DNA from: Bilabrum cf. latius
Lineage: Eukaryota
Reading direction: 5' to 3'
NCBI GenBank assembly: GCA_965178125.1
Contig: OZ237746.1
Coordinates: 806,001-870,000 of the forward strand
Length of the DNA: 64,000 nucleotides
Shown here in pieces: positions 1 through 13,900 of the stretch. Positions within the stretch are counted from its first letter, which is position 1, and the number at the start of each line of letters is the position of its first letter. Made by a program: the position numbers and the translations under genes. The notes under the pieces were generated by a model. The model saw only the letters and a list, made by a program, of their open reading frames with translations. It ran no database searches and was not told the DNA's origin.

Positions 1-2110
1 AGCCCCAGCTCCCCGCAGCACCGCCCACAGCACCCTCGCGACAGCCCCCGGCTGCACCCACACCACCCCCTGGTCACGGAGCAGGGAACAAATCGGCTCC
101 GAGTCCGTGTCCCACCCACAGGCCCGAAAGGCCTCCTCGGCCGCTGTAGCGGAGCACAGGCTCGCACCGAACATCCTGCAGCAGGACTCGAGTGCGGGAA
201 GGGCCGTGCGGATGAGCCGGAGGCCAGCGGCATTGGCGGTGGAGACGTTCTTGGCCTTGCATGCCTGGACCAAAGCAGCCCAGGCGTCCCTCAGCCGGTC
301 TCCCAGGCTGAGTGCAGCCAGCGAGGAGTTGTCCACCACCTGGTCCATGTGACGAATGCGGCGCAAGGAGATGCCGAAGGCGGCCAGAGCGCCGTGAAGC
401 TGGCCGGGGCTGGGGCCTGTACCGGCGCCCGCTCCAGCAAGCCCCAAGGAGACATGGGCCGCCCCAGGCGCCCTGCCCCCCCTCGCGGCGACGACGGTGG
501 GGGGGAGAGGGCCCGAGGTTGCAACCACCGATCCACCGGTTGCAACCTCGGCGCGCCCGTCCACTCCCGTCCGCACCACCCGCGGGCCCAGGCCGTCGAG
601 GCCGGGCACGTCGCCCAGGATCGCCTAGTAGGCCCTGTCCGGGGATACCGGTGTGACGAGTGCGATGGGTGGGGACTGGGATGACTCGGAGCCGCTCCCG
701 TGGTGGCGATCCAGCAAGGCTTGTAGCCGCTGTCGCACGGCCGCAGCTCTCTCCACAGAGCCGTTGAGTTCCATGAGATGCGGCTCTTTGGAATCTTGCT
801 CTGAGGGGGGCTCCATGGGTCCACCGGTGGATTGGCTACTGCTGTTCCCTCCGACTGCCTGGCCCCCCGCAGCCGAAGCTCTCCCAGCAAGGAACCTGGA
901 AATACCCCCCGGCTCTAGGATCCCCTGCAGCGACTCGAGCACACACCCGTCCGACCTGTCCAGCACCTGCCCCTGCAGCGCAGCGCCGGCCTCTGGCCTT
1001 CCCAGCATGGCCAGCTGGCTCTCGAGCTGCTCCGCGCGGGGACTGATCCGACCCAGGGGACGGTCCAGCCAGGGAACATGTGTTCCCTGGGGCGGGCCGA
1101 CCGCACTCGTCACACCGGCTGCCTCCATCTGCACGTGCGTGATGTCGAGCAGCCGGATGCGTCGCATGCCACCGCGCATGCGTGGTACGGTGCAGCGGCC
1201 CACCCGCTTGGCAATGGTTCGGACCAGGCTAGATGCCGCTCCGACGGAGATGACCGCGCGCGCCTGTGCGGTTCTGAAGCTGCCACCGTCCGCGCTTGGA
1301 TGCAGTACCATCCAGCACGCTCTCTCCAGGGAGTGCACCAGCGAACGTTCGCCCACGAGCACGTGCCCCGCCAGCTCCAGGTCCCCTGGGAGCACCTGGA
1401 AGGCTGCCTCCCACAGCCGGGGTGCGTGGGAGTCCAGGCCACTGGCACTGGCACTAGGACCCGGAGCCGATCCACCGGTGGATTCCGCCCCGGGGGTCCC
1501 CGCGGATCCGGATCCGGAATTGGATCCGGAGCCGGTGCCGATGCCGGTGCTGTGCTTTCCTGAGGGCCTCACAAGCAGCAGCAGCACCCGCGCCACAGAG
1601 TCCACCAGGATCTCCCGGACGCTTGCCCCCCCACGGGGTTCCGGTCTAGCGGCGGACAGAGTTGCAGCCAGACGATCCAGGTTGCCATGTGCGTGCGCAT
1701 TAGGCCCTCCCCCCGCATTAGGCCCTCCCCCCGCCTGCGCCTCACTGCTGTGCATCTCCATGGCCCGCATGAATAGATCCACCAGCTGCGACATCCTCGC
1801 GATCACGTCGGCCGCCCACCGTTTCCTAAACTCCCGCCTCTCGTGTTCCCTGAGGGCGTCCCGGTGCACGCGCCAACGAGCCTAGCCACCGGTTGCAACC
1901 GCCCATTCCGTCACCGCGATGCAGTAGCTGTCCAGGGAACACAGGCTGCACTTGGGCTAGGAATGGGTCCTAGATGATGACGATGACGATGATGACGATG
2001 ATGACGAAGAACCGGTACCAGTGGACCACTGCTTCCCCTGCCCCTGCCCATGCCCCTGTCCATGCCCCTGCCCCTGCCCATGCCCATGCCCATGCCCATC
2101 CCCCTGCCCC

Positions 2111-2151
<41 letters not shown>

Positions 2152-3717
2152 CTGTCCATGCCCCGATTGGCTGATGCATTGCACGTGACACATGGCCCCG
2201 CAAGACGAGCACGCGACGAATGGCTGTTCCCTGGTGCTGCCCACCTCCTGGCAGGTCCTCAAATCTGGGGTGGTGCCGGGTGGGGTGTGACGAGTGAGAG
2301 TGCACAGGTTGGTAGGGGGGTGCTGGAACGGGTACCCGGCTTTGGCGCATTCTGCGAGCAGACCCGCCGGCAGCCTTGGCAGCAGACCCCCCCGCAAATC
2401 CGGCGTATGCGCGGGGAGGGCGGTCGCCACAGATACCGGGGCTTGGGTCTGGGCTGCCGCGACGGCTTTGGCTGCGGCCGCGGCTGCTTGCGCTGCTCCC
2501 GGCGCTGTGACGAGTGCTACGGCGCCCTGAGCGCTGGATGCGCGGTGTGACGAGTGACTTTGGCCGTGTGACGAGTGTAAGCGGTCCGACAGCATGGGTA
2601 CCTGTCCCCCAGGCATGGTGAGGTCACTCGTCACACTTGCCGGCCCAGTGCCCGCACTCAACACGCTGCTGGCACGCAAACCAGATGACTGTCTCGCGGG
2701 CCCGGTGCTGGGGTATGCCACATGGAGCAACCCAGGTACTGAGGCCCCGCTCAGGGGAACCCTAACCGGAACAGGCATGGCCAAAGGTGACGCGGGCTGG
2801 TGCTGCTGCAGCTGCTACGGCTGCTGCTGCAGCTGCGGTGTGCCATCTGGCCTGCTTGCGGTTGCCCCAGTGAAAGTGCCGCTGGCTGGTGCTTGTTGGT
2901 AATTCCCGCGCATGTCACTGGAATCATACCGAGCTGCGGCGCGCTGCCGATCGCCTATGGTAGAGCGACCGCTGGGGCTGCTGTTGGTGGTGGATCCGCC
3001 CCACTGGCTGTTGCCGCAGCTGCCGCTGCCGCTGCCGCTGCCGCTGCCGCTCGCCAAACTCAAAGCTGGGTCCATGGACATTGCTGCTCCCATTCCGGGC
3101 AATCTCGAGTTTCGGCCTCTCTGCAGCTAGATCCTAGCGCTTGGCAGCTGTATGACTTGTTCTTTCTGGACCGGCGGCCTGCCAGTGGCGTGGATGGAGT
3201 GCTCGTCCCCGTGCAAGTGCTCGTGCTCGCCCATGCCGCGAAGAGCGCCCGAGCCGGGGAGCTGGATCCCACGCCCGAACGACGACATCATGCCAGAAGG
3301 CAACTGCAAATCACCCGCCGTGCCTCCGCTCATAACGCTGTGGCTGCTGTGTACTGTGCGTTCGGACGGCATGGTGAGCACATTGCCACCGGCGGTTGAG
3401 AGCTGTCGTCGTCCGGGTGGAATCTGACGCAGACTCGGGTCGTACTAAAGCCCAGCCTAAGATTCGGAGCTAACGGATCCGTATGCTGAAGTTTGGCTTC
3501 GCGGTATCGTGCCGTCGCGATGCCTTGGGGGCGGCAAGAATTCCCCTCCGGTGAGCGAGCTCCCACCAGCGAGCGACTCACCGCTCGCCAGGCTTGCTGA
3601 CTCAAACCCATCGTGCAAACGACCATTCTACTCCAGGCCCAATTGATTTAGTGTAAGATCCGCCGAGCCACCGGCAGATAGGTCGAACGTATCTTGTGCA
3701 TGGCCCTATCGATCCAT
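1..3717 (-). CDS. Large hypothetical protein (3' end outside window), low-complexity N-terminus and PHD/C1-like Cys/His cluster; needs TAG=Gln
   Basis: ORFs 3127..3381, 2815..3102, 1957..2784 and 625..1869 share one frame and are separated only by TAG. The frame stays open from ATG 3717 (MDRQGHAQ...) to base 1. It contains FVACSSCGAMCHVQC...KCSLC, split by GH/GQ and Ser tracts. No family recognised. Confidence 0.75.
1973..2165. repeat. Coding microsatellites: (GAT/GAC)n and (CCCATG/CCCCTG)n encoding poly-Ser and GH/GQ tracts
   Basis: Directly visible tri- and hexanucleotide arrays. Confidence 0.85.
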
Positions 3718-3944
3718 GCTTGGACAGGCTCGCGAGTCAGAAGTGGAGTGCCTTACGGTCGACGTATACACATATAAGACCCGATAGGACGATACATCGG
3801 CATGCAACGGCGTGGAATGTCGCTGCGTGCTGTTTGGCAAATGTCGATCGATTCCGGACGCTGCGCTGATGGCCACTCAGTTTTGGGCCCACCAGTTAAG
3901 CTTGGCGCGTAAGGGGTTGACTCCACGACAGGCTGACGACCAAG

Positions 3945-6900
3945 ATGCATACCGGGAATGCGTGCACGCGCTTGGGGCGCTAGACTCGCTCTTTGAGGCG
4001 ACTGCGACCGCGCAACCGAGCATTGGCGTCCTCTGTGCGCCGGTCGGCCCTCCAGCGAACGCCACTGAAAGTCGGCATGGCGCTGCACACGTCGGCTTCG
4101 CAACAATCCTAGGATATGACGAAGGATGCCCCGCTTGCGGCTTTCGAAGTGCCGTCCACCTCTGCCGTTGGGCTGGCAACGCAAGGCACATCGTGGAGCG
4201 AGGGCGTGGAAGACGCCTGGAAGCGCGACCTCGCAGAGTTCCAGGCGCGATACGAGAGCGAAGCCACCGAGGATATCCTTCGTTCGAACGTCCACGTTGC
4301 TTTTCTCTGCGACCTGCAGATGAAGCGGTGCTCGCACCTCCTACCCGCATTCCTGGAGCACGTGTTTCGCATCCAGGCCAGGGCCAAATCGGACGGCCGC
4401 GCGCCGAGCCAGTCATTCGCCTCTACCAGGCTCGTCAATCTGCTGCAGGCCGTGTTCGACACAATCCCGCCGGACGCTGTCCGCGGCACCGTCGCCGTCC
4501 TACATGGGCTGCTGGACAGCCGCCTCGACGCAGCGCAGGCGCAGGGGGGAGATGACGCGGCCTCCGCGTCCAGCGGACCCGTGGTGGAGGCGTTCCTTCA
4601 CGTGGGCTTTCTAACCACCGTGATGACCGCCCTGAGGATGTGCCCCTCGACGCAGGTGCAGCCCATTGCGCCGCTCCGCTGGCTGGGCCTCGCCTCCAGG
4701 GGCGAGCTGGCGGATTCGGAGGAGGCCAGGGCGCTTGCGCGGCGCCTTGCGGAACTTCAGCCGCCCACGCCGTACGAGAGGGAGCCCATCGGCACCGGCA
4801 CGGCTTCCTCTTCCTCTGCCACTGCGGGCGCCGCGCACGGGCCCCGGTTCCGCACTGACATGATGGCAGTGCCACAGGCACTCGTTCGACCGGCTGGGCA
4901 GCCCCACATGCCGCCCGCCGACGCGGCCGCGGATTCTGGCGCTGTTCCCCAGGGAACAAGGGCGAGGGATGGGGGCCCCGCCCCGGGGGAGGAGGTGACG
5001 CTCCCGCAGAACCTTCGCGAACTCGACCGGTTCCACAAGTGGACGAGGGACTTTGCCAGCACCCCCTTCCACGCCCCCTTCGGCAAGGACTCCTTCGGCA
5101 AGCTGCTGCCCCCCCCGATCGCATTCGAGGCGCACGAGTGGAGGAGAGAGTCACTGTCGTGGCCCGTCGCCGGAGTGCACTGCACCTTTGACGAGGCGGC
5201 CGCCCTGCTGCTGACATGCGAGGCGCCCACGTTCTTCACCGCTGATTCCGAGTCGTTCACCCAGGCCCAGATGCTCAGGTACCTGTGGATGTACGCGGAC
5301 GATCCGTCGGCGGGCGGCATTTTAGACGACTCTTGGGGCGCCTACCCCCGATTGGAGGAGCCGTCCCAGGGGGGTGTAGGAGGGGGGGGTGTAGGAGGGG
5401 GGGGAACTGAGTCAACCGACGGCCCAGGTGGTCAAGGCGTGACGAGCGGTGACGGAAGCAGCAGTGACAGCGCTGGCACGGGCACGAGCACGGGCACGAG
5501 AAAGAGCAAAGGAAGAGGCAGAGGGGCAGAGGGCAGGTCCACCCGGCCCAAGCACAAAGCCAACTACAGAGGGCAAGCTGTGCCCGCCCCCGGTGCCCAA
5601 GAAGAGGCGACGGCGAAGGAGCTGCGGGCCCGGCTGGACGAGAGGCTGGCGGGGCTGAGCGAGGAGGAGAAGCAATCTATCATCGAGAGGCAGGACCCCG
5701 CCCTTGCCATGCAGAACCCGCAGCTGGCACTGGCACAGGCAGAGTACGAGGCGATGATGAGGGAACAGCAGGAAGAGGGAGAAGAGGGCGGAGCAGGGGC
5801 AGGAACACGAGGCAGCGCGCAGGCACGCATGCGGCTGGCCAAGCGGCTGCAGGGGCTGCGTGCCACGATCGCTGACACGGCCGCTCGCCTCTGGGGGCCC
5901 ACGGATACCCCCTCCCAGCGGAGAGTGAAGGTCATTGAGGCCGTGCATGGGATGCTGCAGGGGTACAACTACGCCCTGCTGGCCTCGTGGATGGACATCT
6001 ACTTCCTCTCAGGGAACAAAGAGGCCCTGGAGGCGGTGCAGGAGGTGGCTGCCGTGTGGACCAGGTTCGGAGCTCTGCCGTTCGCCAAGCGACTGGGAGG
6101 ACAGCGCCCAGGGAACAACAGCGGGAGCAGGAGCAAGGGACCTTCGGACCAGCCGGAGCCCGTGCCGGTAGACCCGCGGGACAGCTTCGCGGCCGGTCTG
6201 GTCTTGGACCGGGATGCCGTGCCTGCACCGCTGGCGGGACCCGGGGCGATGCACACGTACCCTGACGGCTTGCTCGCCCTCGAGGCATCACGCAGCGCGA
6301 TGTTCCTTGCCCTTGTTTTGCTGGAGCTGGAGCCGGCGCTGCTGGAGCGGTTCGGGAACCGGCTGTGGGGCGGTGTGACGAGCAGGTACCTGGCGATGAG
6401 GAAGGTTCAGTCCCAGCGAACCCAGGCCTCCATGCGTGACCTTGGGACGGTGCACGGGAGCGTGGCGTTCGCCCCGGTGTGCGAGCAGTCGCTGTGGGTG
6501 GAGGACGGGGGGACGCAGCCCGGCGACGTGCTGTCCAAGACACGGGCCAGGGACGCTCTGCTGCGGGCCGCGGGGGAGGCCCAGCTGCGGAGGCGTGCGC
6601 TGTATGAGGGTCCACTGGTGGGTCTGAGGGCCATGGGGGGGGAGGAGGAGGGGGCCTCGGAGGGGAGGTGGGGGGGTCTTCTGGACGTGGAGGGGCTTGG
6701 GTGGAGGGGCTGGGGGCATGGGGGGGAACCCCATGGTGGGGGCCCGGGGGTGCTCAGGGGTGCCCCCGAGACAGTGACGTCACTCTACTCGGACAACAAG
6801 GAGAGGAAATCGGCTTGGCCCGCGCTCAAGGCGCCTATCCTGCGGGCGGTCACCCGGCGGGGGATGTTCCACGGTGCCGCCGACGCCAGCATCCAGCGGA

Positions 6901-7322
6901 GGAAAGAGAGGGGCATGCTGGAGGACTACGGGGAGGAGGACGAGAGGCTGGCGCTGCAGGGGCAGGTGCCTACTTCCGCGAGGGAGAAGCAGGAGATCGA
7001 CGGGGAACCCACGGAGGACCCCGAGAGGGTGTGGACCCCGGGGAACCCCCAGTTCGCCTGCAACTTTGGGGTCACGAGGGACTCGGAATCGGGAAGGGTG
7101 GACCCAGGCTCGACGGCGTACCGGGAGAGGGCGTGGGCAGTGGCGCGACCCGCGTACGAGGGTGAGATTTCTCTGTACACGCACCACGTGTTCCGTGAAT
7201 TTGTGGTCAGCAAGGTGGAGCAGACGGGGCTGCTGGGGCACGAGTCCACGCTGGCGGGGTCCGGTGTGTTCGGGCAGAAGTTCCAGGGGGGCGAGGGAGG
7301 GAGGAGTGGTGGCAGGCAGTGA
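3945..7322 (+). CDS. Hypothetical protein (~1125 aa), probable mitochondrial presequence
   Basis: The 1068-aa ORF 4116..7322 ends in TGA. Reading through TAG 3981 and 4110 extends it to ATG 3945, giving an Arg-rich, acid-free leader (MHTGNACTRLGRQTRSLRRLRPRNRALASSVRRS). Alternative starts are 4077 and 4116. Confidence 0.7.
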
Positions 7323-7580
7323 GCGTTGTTAAAGTTTTGTGAATAGATTCGGATGTACAGGGTTTTTTTCAACGTCCAGATGCTCGGGTTGCGTGGAGCA
7401 CTGGCCGTCGGTTTTTATCTTTTTCTTGAAAATTCAACGAATGGTGGTTGCAACCGCTCCCGGCGGCGAAACTGGCGAGGCGAGCAAAGGATTGCTCACA
7501 CTTGATGCACGCTTCGAATCGAGCGCGACTCTGCCACCAAGAAGCCATACATAAAACACACTAAAACTGTATTTGGCTGC

Positions 7581-9332
7581 ATGCAAGGTGAAGCGATTGC
7601 GATATCCTAGCGCGCGATGGTGGCTCCGCATTCATCGAGTGACCTCGCTGGTGTTCTGGAAGAGGCCTGGGGATGGAGCAGGCTGGCAAGCGCAATTTTC
7701 GCAATAGCTGCCATACTTGGTGTGATAGTTGCATTTGTAGACACGCAAAAGGTGGTTGGAATCATATTGCGCGCAGCGATTGGTGCACTTGCACTTGCTG
7801 CAGTTGCTTCCATCTGCAAGAGCTGCTAGGTCCAGCGAATTGCCGCAAACATGGAGAAAGAGCTCATTGAAGAGTAGTTACAAGCCACAATTGTTGAATC
7901 GCGGGCTGACCAAGTCGCAGACGAAAGCTACAGCCGCACATCGTCGGCAGAGTCCTGCCCCGCGGCTCCGCTCCAACTAGCACCGATCACCGCGGATGCT
8001 TCGGACACGGAGGCAGAGAGCATCATCTCCCCGGTTAGCACCACCGGCCTGTTAATGCACTCACCCACCCATTTTCACTCCATGTTTGGCGAACCGCCGC
8101 ATGAATAGACCGCAGCAGGGAAAGAGCGGGTCGTGAGTCGCCACAACCACCTCACCGTGGCAAGGCACGGACAGGGGTAGGGGCAGGGAGACGGGGGGCG
8201 GCAAAATCGCAGGCAGGGGTAGCAATAGCAGGTACCACCCTTGTCTCCCTGGCGGGCCCCGCGACTGGATTTCCTTCCGTCGGCGGACAGCGTTTCGGGC
8301 GATGGCACATCACCTGCGGAATCAGATTCCAATCACCTGGGATCGCAACCATTCGACCACGTTGGGACAGCACCAGCGAACGATCACGGGCAGCATATCC
8401 ACAGCCCGGGGCGGTCCAGCCCCCTGGCACCGCGGGGCCGGCAGCAGCAGCAGCAGCAGCAGAGCCGGCGCCAGCGCGGCCGTCGTCGTCGGGAGAGCAT
8501 CAGCAGCAGTGGTGGTGGCCGATGGCAGCAGTCTCCCGGTCGACGATCGCCACACCGTGCTCCCGCTGGGGTCAAAAGGGGTCGTTCGTCACACTAGCGC
8601 GCAGCACGCGTGTCTCCCACCGACATGGTGTGGATGGGCGCGCTGGGTCTCGGCCCTGAGCCGCAGAGTGCGGCTGCTTCGGGTTCTGCTGGTAGTCGGC
8701 TGGGGGGGCGCTCATCGAGGCATCCGGATGGGCGCGTTCCAGGGAACAGCAATCCTGCATAGGCCGGTAATGATCGGTCCTATCAATGGGAGGCGGCCTT
8801 GGATCGCACTCGCCCATCGGTGGGGGGAAGAGGGGCTGCTTGCTAGCATGCCACTGCCAGTGGTGAGGCATGGGCAGAGATGGGGCGGGGGCGTGGAGGA
8901 GGAGAGGATGTTGCAAGCGTGGGACTTTCCATTGGACAGGGGCAGCCAGCACCAGCTGAAGAGGCAACAGCGGTTCAGGCACAGGCACAGATGCTGGCAC
9001 ATGCACATGTGCAGGCACAGGCACATGTCCAGGCACATGCACCAGTCACCACCCCGTGCTCCATCTGCCTGGAGCCCATGGTCACCATCACCCCAGGCAG
9101 CAACACCGATACAGACAGGCGAGTCACCCTCCCATGCGCGCATGGGTTCCACGCTGGCTGCATCGAAGGGTGGGAGAGGTCGTGCATCGAGGCATCAAGG
9201 GAAGTGAGGTGTCCGGAGTGCAGGCATCCGTTCGGGGGGCGAGGAGTGGGTGGCGGAGGCGCAGGCGGGGGCGGGGGCGGTGATGATGAGGATGGGTACA
9301 GTGGCGACGACAGCGACTCGGAGTCAGACTGA
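7581..9332 (+). CDS. Transmembrane RING-H2 E3 ubiquitin ligase-like protein (~580 aa)
   Basis: ORFs 7617..7829, 8241..8597 and 8880..9332 are in one frame joined by ~10 TAGs. Two N-terminal hydrophobic helices; C-terminal CSICLEPM...LPCAHGFHAGCIEGW...CPECR; TGA stop. Start is 7581 or 7617. Confidence 0.8.
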
Positions 9333-10976
9333 GGCGATTGTGGTTTAACGATCCGGATGAAGGCTCGATTGAGGAAAGATACGGAACATCAAAACGCGCG
9401 GCGCCCCACCATCCACTGGATCCGTCGGTTGTAACTTACCCCGACACATTCATCACACCAATTCTTGACCGCAACGATCCCCGACACAATACAACTCGTC
9501 GATTATCACGCGACATCAATAGCGTATCTTCCATGTAATGAGGTTTTTTCATTGTGTAATTAGTGAATTACCATACAACCACCGTAAGGCTAACGAGAGG
9601 AGCAGCACGCTGATCCAAATGCCACTGAAACCACAGTCCACGCTGCATCCCTATTGTGCAATCATTTCGACGAATAGAATGCGCTATTGGTCGACTTCAT
9701 TACAGATCAAATAGGTATTTAAAACAAATCACCGCTCCAGTATGTCACAGAGAGTCCATTAGAACCGAGGATGGTCTCATTTGACGTCAGATCTCGATTC
9801 ATTTTGGGCAGAATCCAATTCACCACTGTCCTGATACACTTATAGTTTATTTATACATACGATTTGTTTGTGTATGGTACTGTATTTGTACAGGTCCTAC
9901 AATTTCGCAAGTTGTGGCTGTTTCCAGTGGTTTGGTACCATTCAGAACACAATTGTGTCAAATCTATGAGGCCAGTACTAGTTTGAGACTAATCATGGTA
10001 TTAATATACCTAATAAAAGGCAGTGTACGGATTTTCAGTCCCAATGGTGTAGAATAGCATGGCGTACTTCAGGTCTTCTGGATCTGGCCACCCGCACAGC
10101 TGCTGGTGCTGCTCGTGTCCTAATGATGGCCATAGTAGCCTCCTGTTCGATTTTCTGAATACGATCAATACAAAAAATGTAGTGGTTGGTCTCAATTCGC
10201 GGTAAGCTGCAGATTGGTGAGGTAAATGTGCAATAGCTAACTCTGCGGCCTGGTTCAGTCATCCTCACGGGAAACACCCTACTCATGAACCGCACAGCAG
10301 AATATGAGCGCGTTATTTGAATAAAGTCATCAATTTGCTCAGAATTATGAGGAGTGTAATCAAATTCAGTATCTCAGAGGGCCAATCGAAGCAAGTTTGT
10401 TGCGGCTGCCAGAGGGATGACCGTGGACCCTGTCGTGTCCAAATGAATCTTATTCAGACATTCGTCTGCACAGCAGCGTATAATTTAGCATCATTATCAT
10501 ACAGGTATATTTTTAGGTCTATTTTGTAGACTAGAAAGGGGTATGCGGGCAGTGTCGGGGTGTCGTGCGACACTAATCACACAGTTTTGGCGCCGCGCAA
10601 AGCTGCAGCTCCCTGCTAGAGGCCAATTCTTTGAATGGCATGTTAACAGACTTAATCTCATCGTATGGAGTTGAAAGGCGCACCAGCAGACTCGCAAGAG
10701 CGCGCTGAATCGAATTGCATCATGATTTCTTCTCCGAATTATCTGGGCGCCGCGCAAATTGCTGATCCGGAACCGGCAAAAACCAGTAAATTGTGTATTG
10801 TTCCGTTACATTCGACGGATTCGTTGTTGGATTCTGTGCATTTCTCGAACAGAAAGATACAATACGTGTGTACCAAAAGACGATATTATTAGAGTAGCCA
10901 TGCGTAATTATTGACCGTATCCGAGTCGTGTTGCTCGATCAAACGCCTGCCCAAAGGTGTATCCGTTGCGACCGGC

Positions 10977-13900
10977 ATGTCGGTCGAATCCACGTCGGAT
11001 GACCAGGTCATGTTCAATGCACGAGATGGGATGGAGATCTCCGCAGAGGATGAAATGAATGCAAAGAAACTGCGCGAGAGAGCGCCAGATGCTGTCGATT
11101 TGGCAACAGCAGAGCTTCGCGACGATAGGATGAACGGCATGAAGACGAGCTTTCGCGAAGTGCCCGACAGCGTGCTCTGGGGTCCGTCTGCAGACCTTGA
11201 AATGTGGACAGTGATGGCATCAGGCCGCGAGCTCCACCGCATCGCGCGTTTCAACGCGCAGAAGGAAGCGGCGGCCCGGCGCAGACTTGCCGAGCGCGAC
11301 TACCACCGCTCGCGACAGGGATACCCCCAGCTGGAGGGGAGCGCGATAGATGCGCCACAATCGAATTAGCAAGGAGGATTCAATGAAAGTTTCCGCTACA
11401 ATTCCCCAGGGGACGGTGGAACGGGCCGGTCCGCGCCCCTGCCGCCCATCGCGTCCGCTCGCTCCGGGACAGGTGTGACGATTGACCTCGCGCGGTCCAC
11501 GGCCTGGGACGCCGAAACCGACATGAGGCAAGGAGACACTCATCACACCGGCCTGGACCGAGGCTCCTCGTCATCGTCCTCGGTGCAGTACCTGGGTTCC
11601 AGGACCGGGGCTGGACCGGGGGGAGTGCCAGGGGGGGGAGTGTCCTTCGGGGGCGCCGGGGGCACACCAGGTGGGGGCGCCTCAAACCGCAAATAGGCAT
11701 GGGGCACGCCAAGGGCCGGGGCTGGGGCTGGGGTGCAGGGAACAACCGGGGCCCTGCATGCGTTTTCCGCCTCCTTACCTGCGCCAGCCACTGGCCATCA
11801 CGGTCAGCACGACACCGGCGTTGCGCTGCGACGGGCAGGAAGCGCACGTTCATTGGCTCCCCTTGGCGGATCCACGGCAGGAGGAAGGTCGGGTTTGGGA
11901 GCGGCAGGCGCTTCGGCTGGAGCCGGCGGGGTCCCCGGTCCGAATCCCTTCGCGCCGGTGGAAAAAGGAGGCCTTGGGATCGGGGTGACATACGGCTCCG
12001 AATCCAAGTCCCAGGGAACAAGCCGGCGGGTGCGCCGGGGCTTCACCACGGCGGGCGCTGTGGTGGCACCGGTGCTGGACACTTTGGCCACGGCGGATGC
12101 GCCCCCTGCCCCCGCCGAGGACGATCAGTTCTGCGAAGAAGTCTGCGGTGCCATCAAGTGCGCGGGGCTGGAGGGGGCGAGCGACGCCGACTTCAAGGCG
12201 GCTTCTGACAGCGCATGCGGGATGCTCAGGGTACTGGAGGCGGGGCACTGCGGAGATCTCACGGACGTGGGACTCAGGGCCGTCGCTTTGGGTAGCCCGC
12301 GGCTGGAGGTGCTGGACGTGAGCGGGTGCAAGGGGGTGGCTGGGCCGGGGCTGGCTGCGGTGGCGGATCACTGTTCCCTGCTGCAGGTCCTGAAACTGAA
12401 CGAGCTGCCGAGGCTGGACACGTGGGTCTGCAACCGGCTCGGGCTCAGCTGCACTGCACTGCGGGTGCTGGAGGTCTCGCAGGTCATGGCTCTGACAGAC
12501 GAATCGCTGGACCGGATGGTGAGAGGGTGCAGCGCACTGCGGGAACTCCGGATCGCGCGGTGCGCGCAGGTGACGGACCAGGGTGTGATGAGTGTGGCGA
12601 ACGCGTGCCCTCGGCTTGAGGTGCTGGACGTGAGCAGGAGGCCGCACGACGCGGCCTACGCCATCACGGACACGAGCCTGATGCAGGTGGGGGCTCGGTG
12701 CCCTGGGCTGGTGAGGCTGGACATCAGCGGGTGCGAGAACGTGAGCGACGTGGGTCTGCAGTACATCGGGGAGGGCTGTTCCGGTTTGGTGAGTCTAAGG
12801 GCGAGGGGGTGCGGGATGCTGGCGGACGCGGGCCTGAGGGCCGTGGCGGATCATTGTTCCGGTTTGCAGGAGGCGGCGCTGGGGGGCTGCCGGCGGGTGA
12901 CGGACCTGGGCCTGCGGGCGCTGGCGCAAGGGTGCAGGGAACTGCGGCAGCTGGACCTGGGCGGGCTGTTCCTTCTGACGGATGGGAGGGAGGCCCGGGC
13001 GGATCGGATCATTCGGGAGAACAAGGGCAGGGGCAGGGGCAGGGGCAGGTACGCCGGGAAGAATGGGAGGGGGGTAGGGAGAAAGACCGGAAGCGGGTCT
13101 AGGCGGCAGCGAGGAGGACGAGGTACAGGTGGAGGTGGCAAAAGGGCCCAGGGAACAGGAGTCACAGTGCCGGGGGACCAGCGGGTCCGCAGGGGCAGGG
13201 GCCCAGACCCGCTTCCACCGCCCCCGCAAAGGCTGCTGGAGCAGGGGGCTGGGCTGCTGACGGCGGCGCAGGGAAAGCCGCTGGTGAGGCACCTGGCCGG
13301 GGGCAGGGGTCCAGGGAACAAGGGCGGCGGTGCGATGGGGCGGTCCGGAGGGCGGCTCGGGAGGGCGGGTGCAGTGCACGATGCTGAGAGCAAGGAGAGG
13401 CCGCTTCCCGACTTGGGCATGAGTGTGACGAGTGGAGCCTTGTCCCGGGACACCCTGCCTCATCAGTCCCAGGGACGTGGGGTGGCCCCGGGCTCGTCAC
13501 ACCCTGGCTCGGGCCGCGGTTGGACCGCCGCGGAACTCGAGCACACCCTCCGGACGAAATCCGGAGCCAATTTATCCGAGGCGCTCGCCGCCAGCAAGAC
13601 GGGGCATGGAGGTGGTGTGACGAGTGGACGGATCCGCGCCCCTCCGCTGCCCGTCCCCCCAGAGGTGACGGGCCTGCGTGCCCTAGCCTTCACGAGGGCC
13701 CCCCTCCGGGTATTGAACCTGGGAGGGTGCCAACAGGTGGGTGACGAGTCGCTGGTTCCGCTGTGCCGCGCGTGCGGACCCACACTGACGTCACTGTGCG
13801 TGTCATCGTGCGGAAACCTGACCCCATCCGGACTGGCGCTGGCACTTCCCTCGCTGCCCCGCCTCCGGAAGCTCGTCGCGCAGGACCTACCCGGAGCCGT

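Noticed and set aside
1-1869. Assignment of the first gene as PIKfyve/Fab1 or a BBS chaperonin-like protein
   Set aside because: Only a vague resemblance; no diagnostic motifs within the window.
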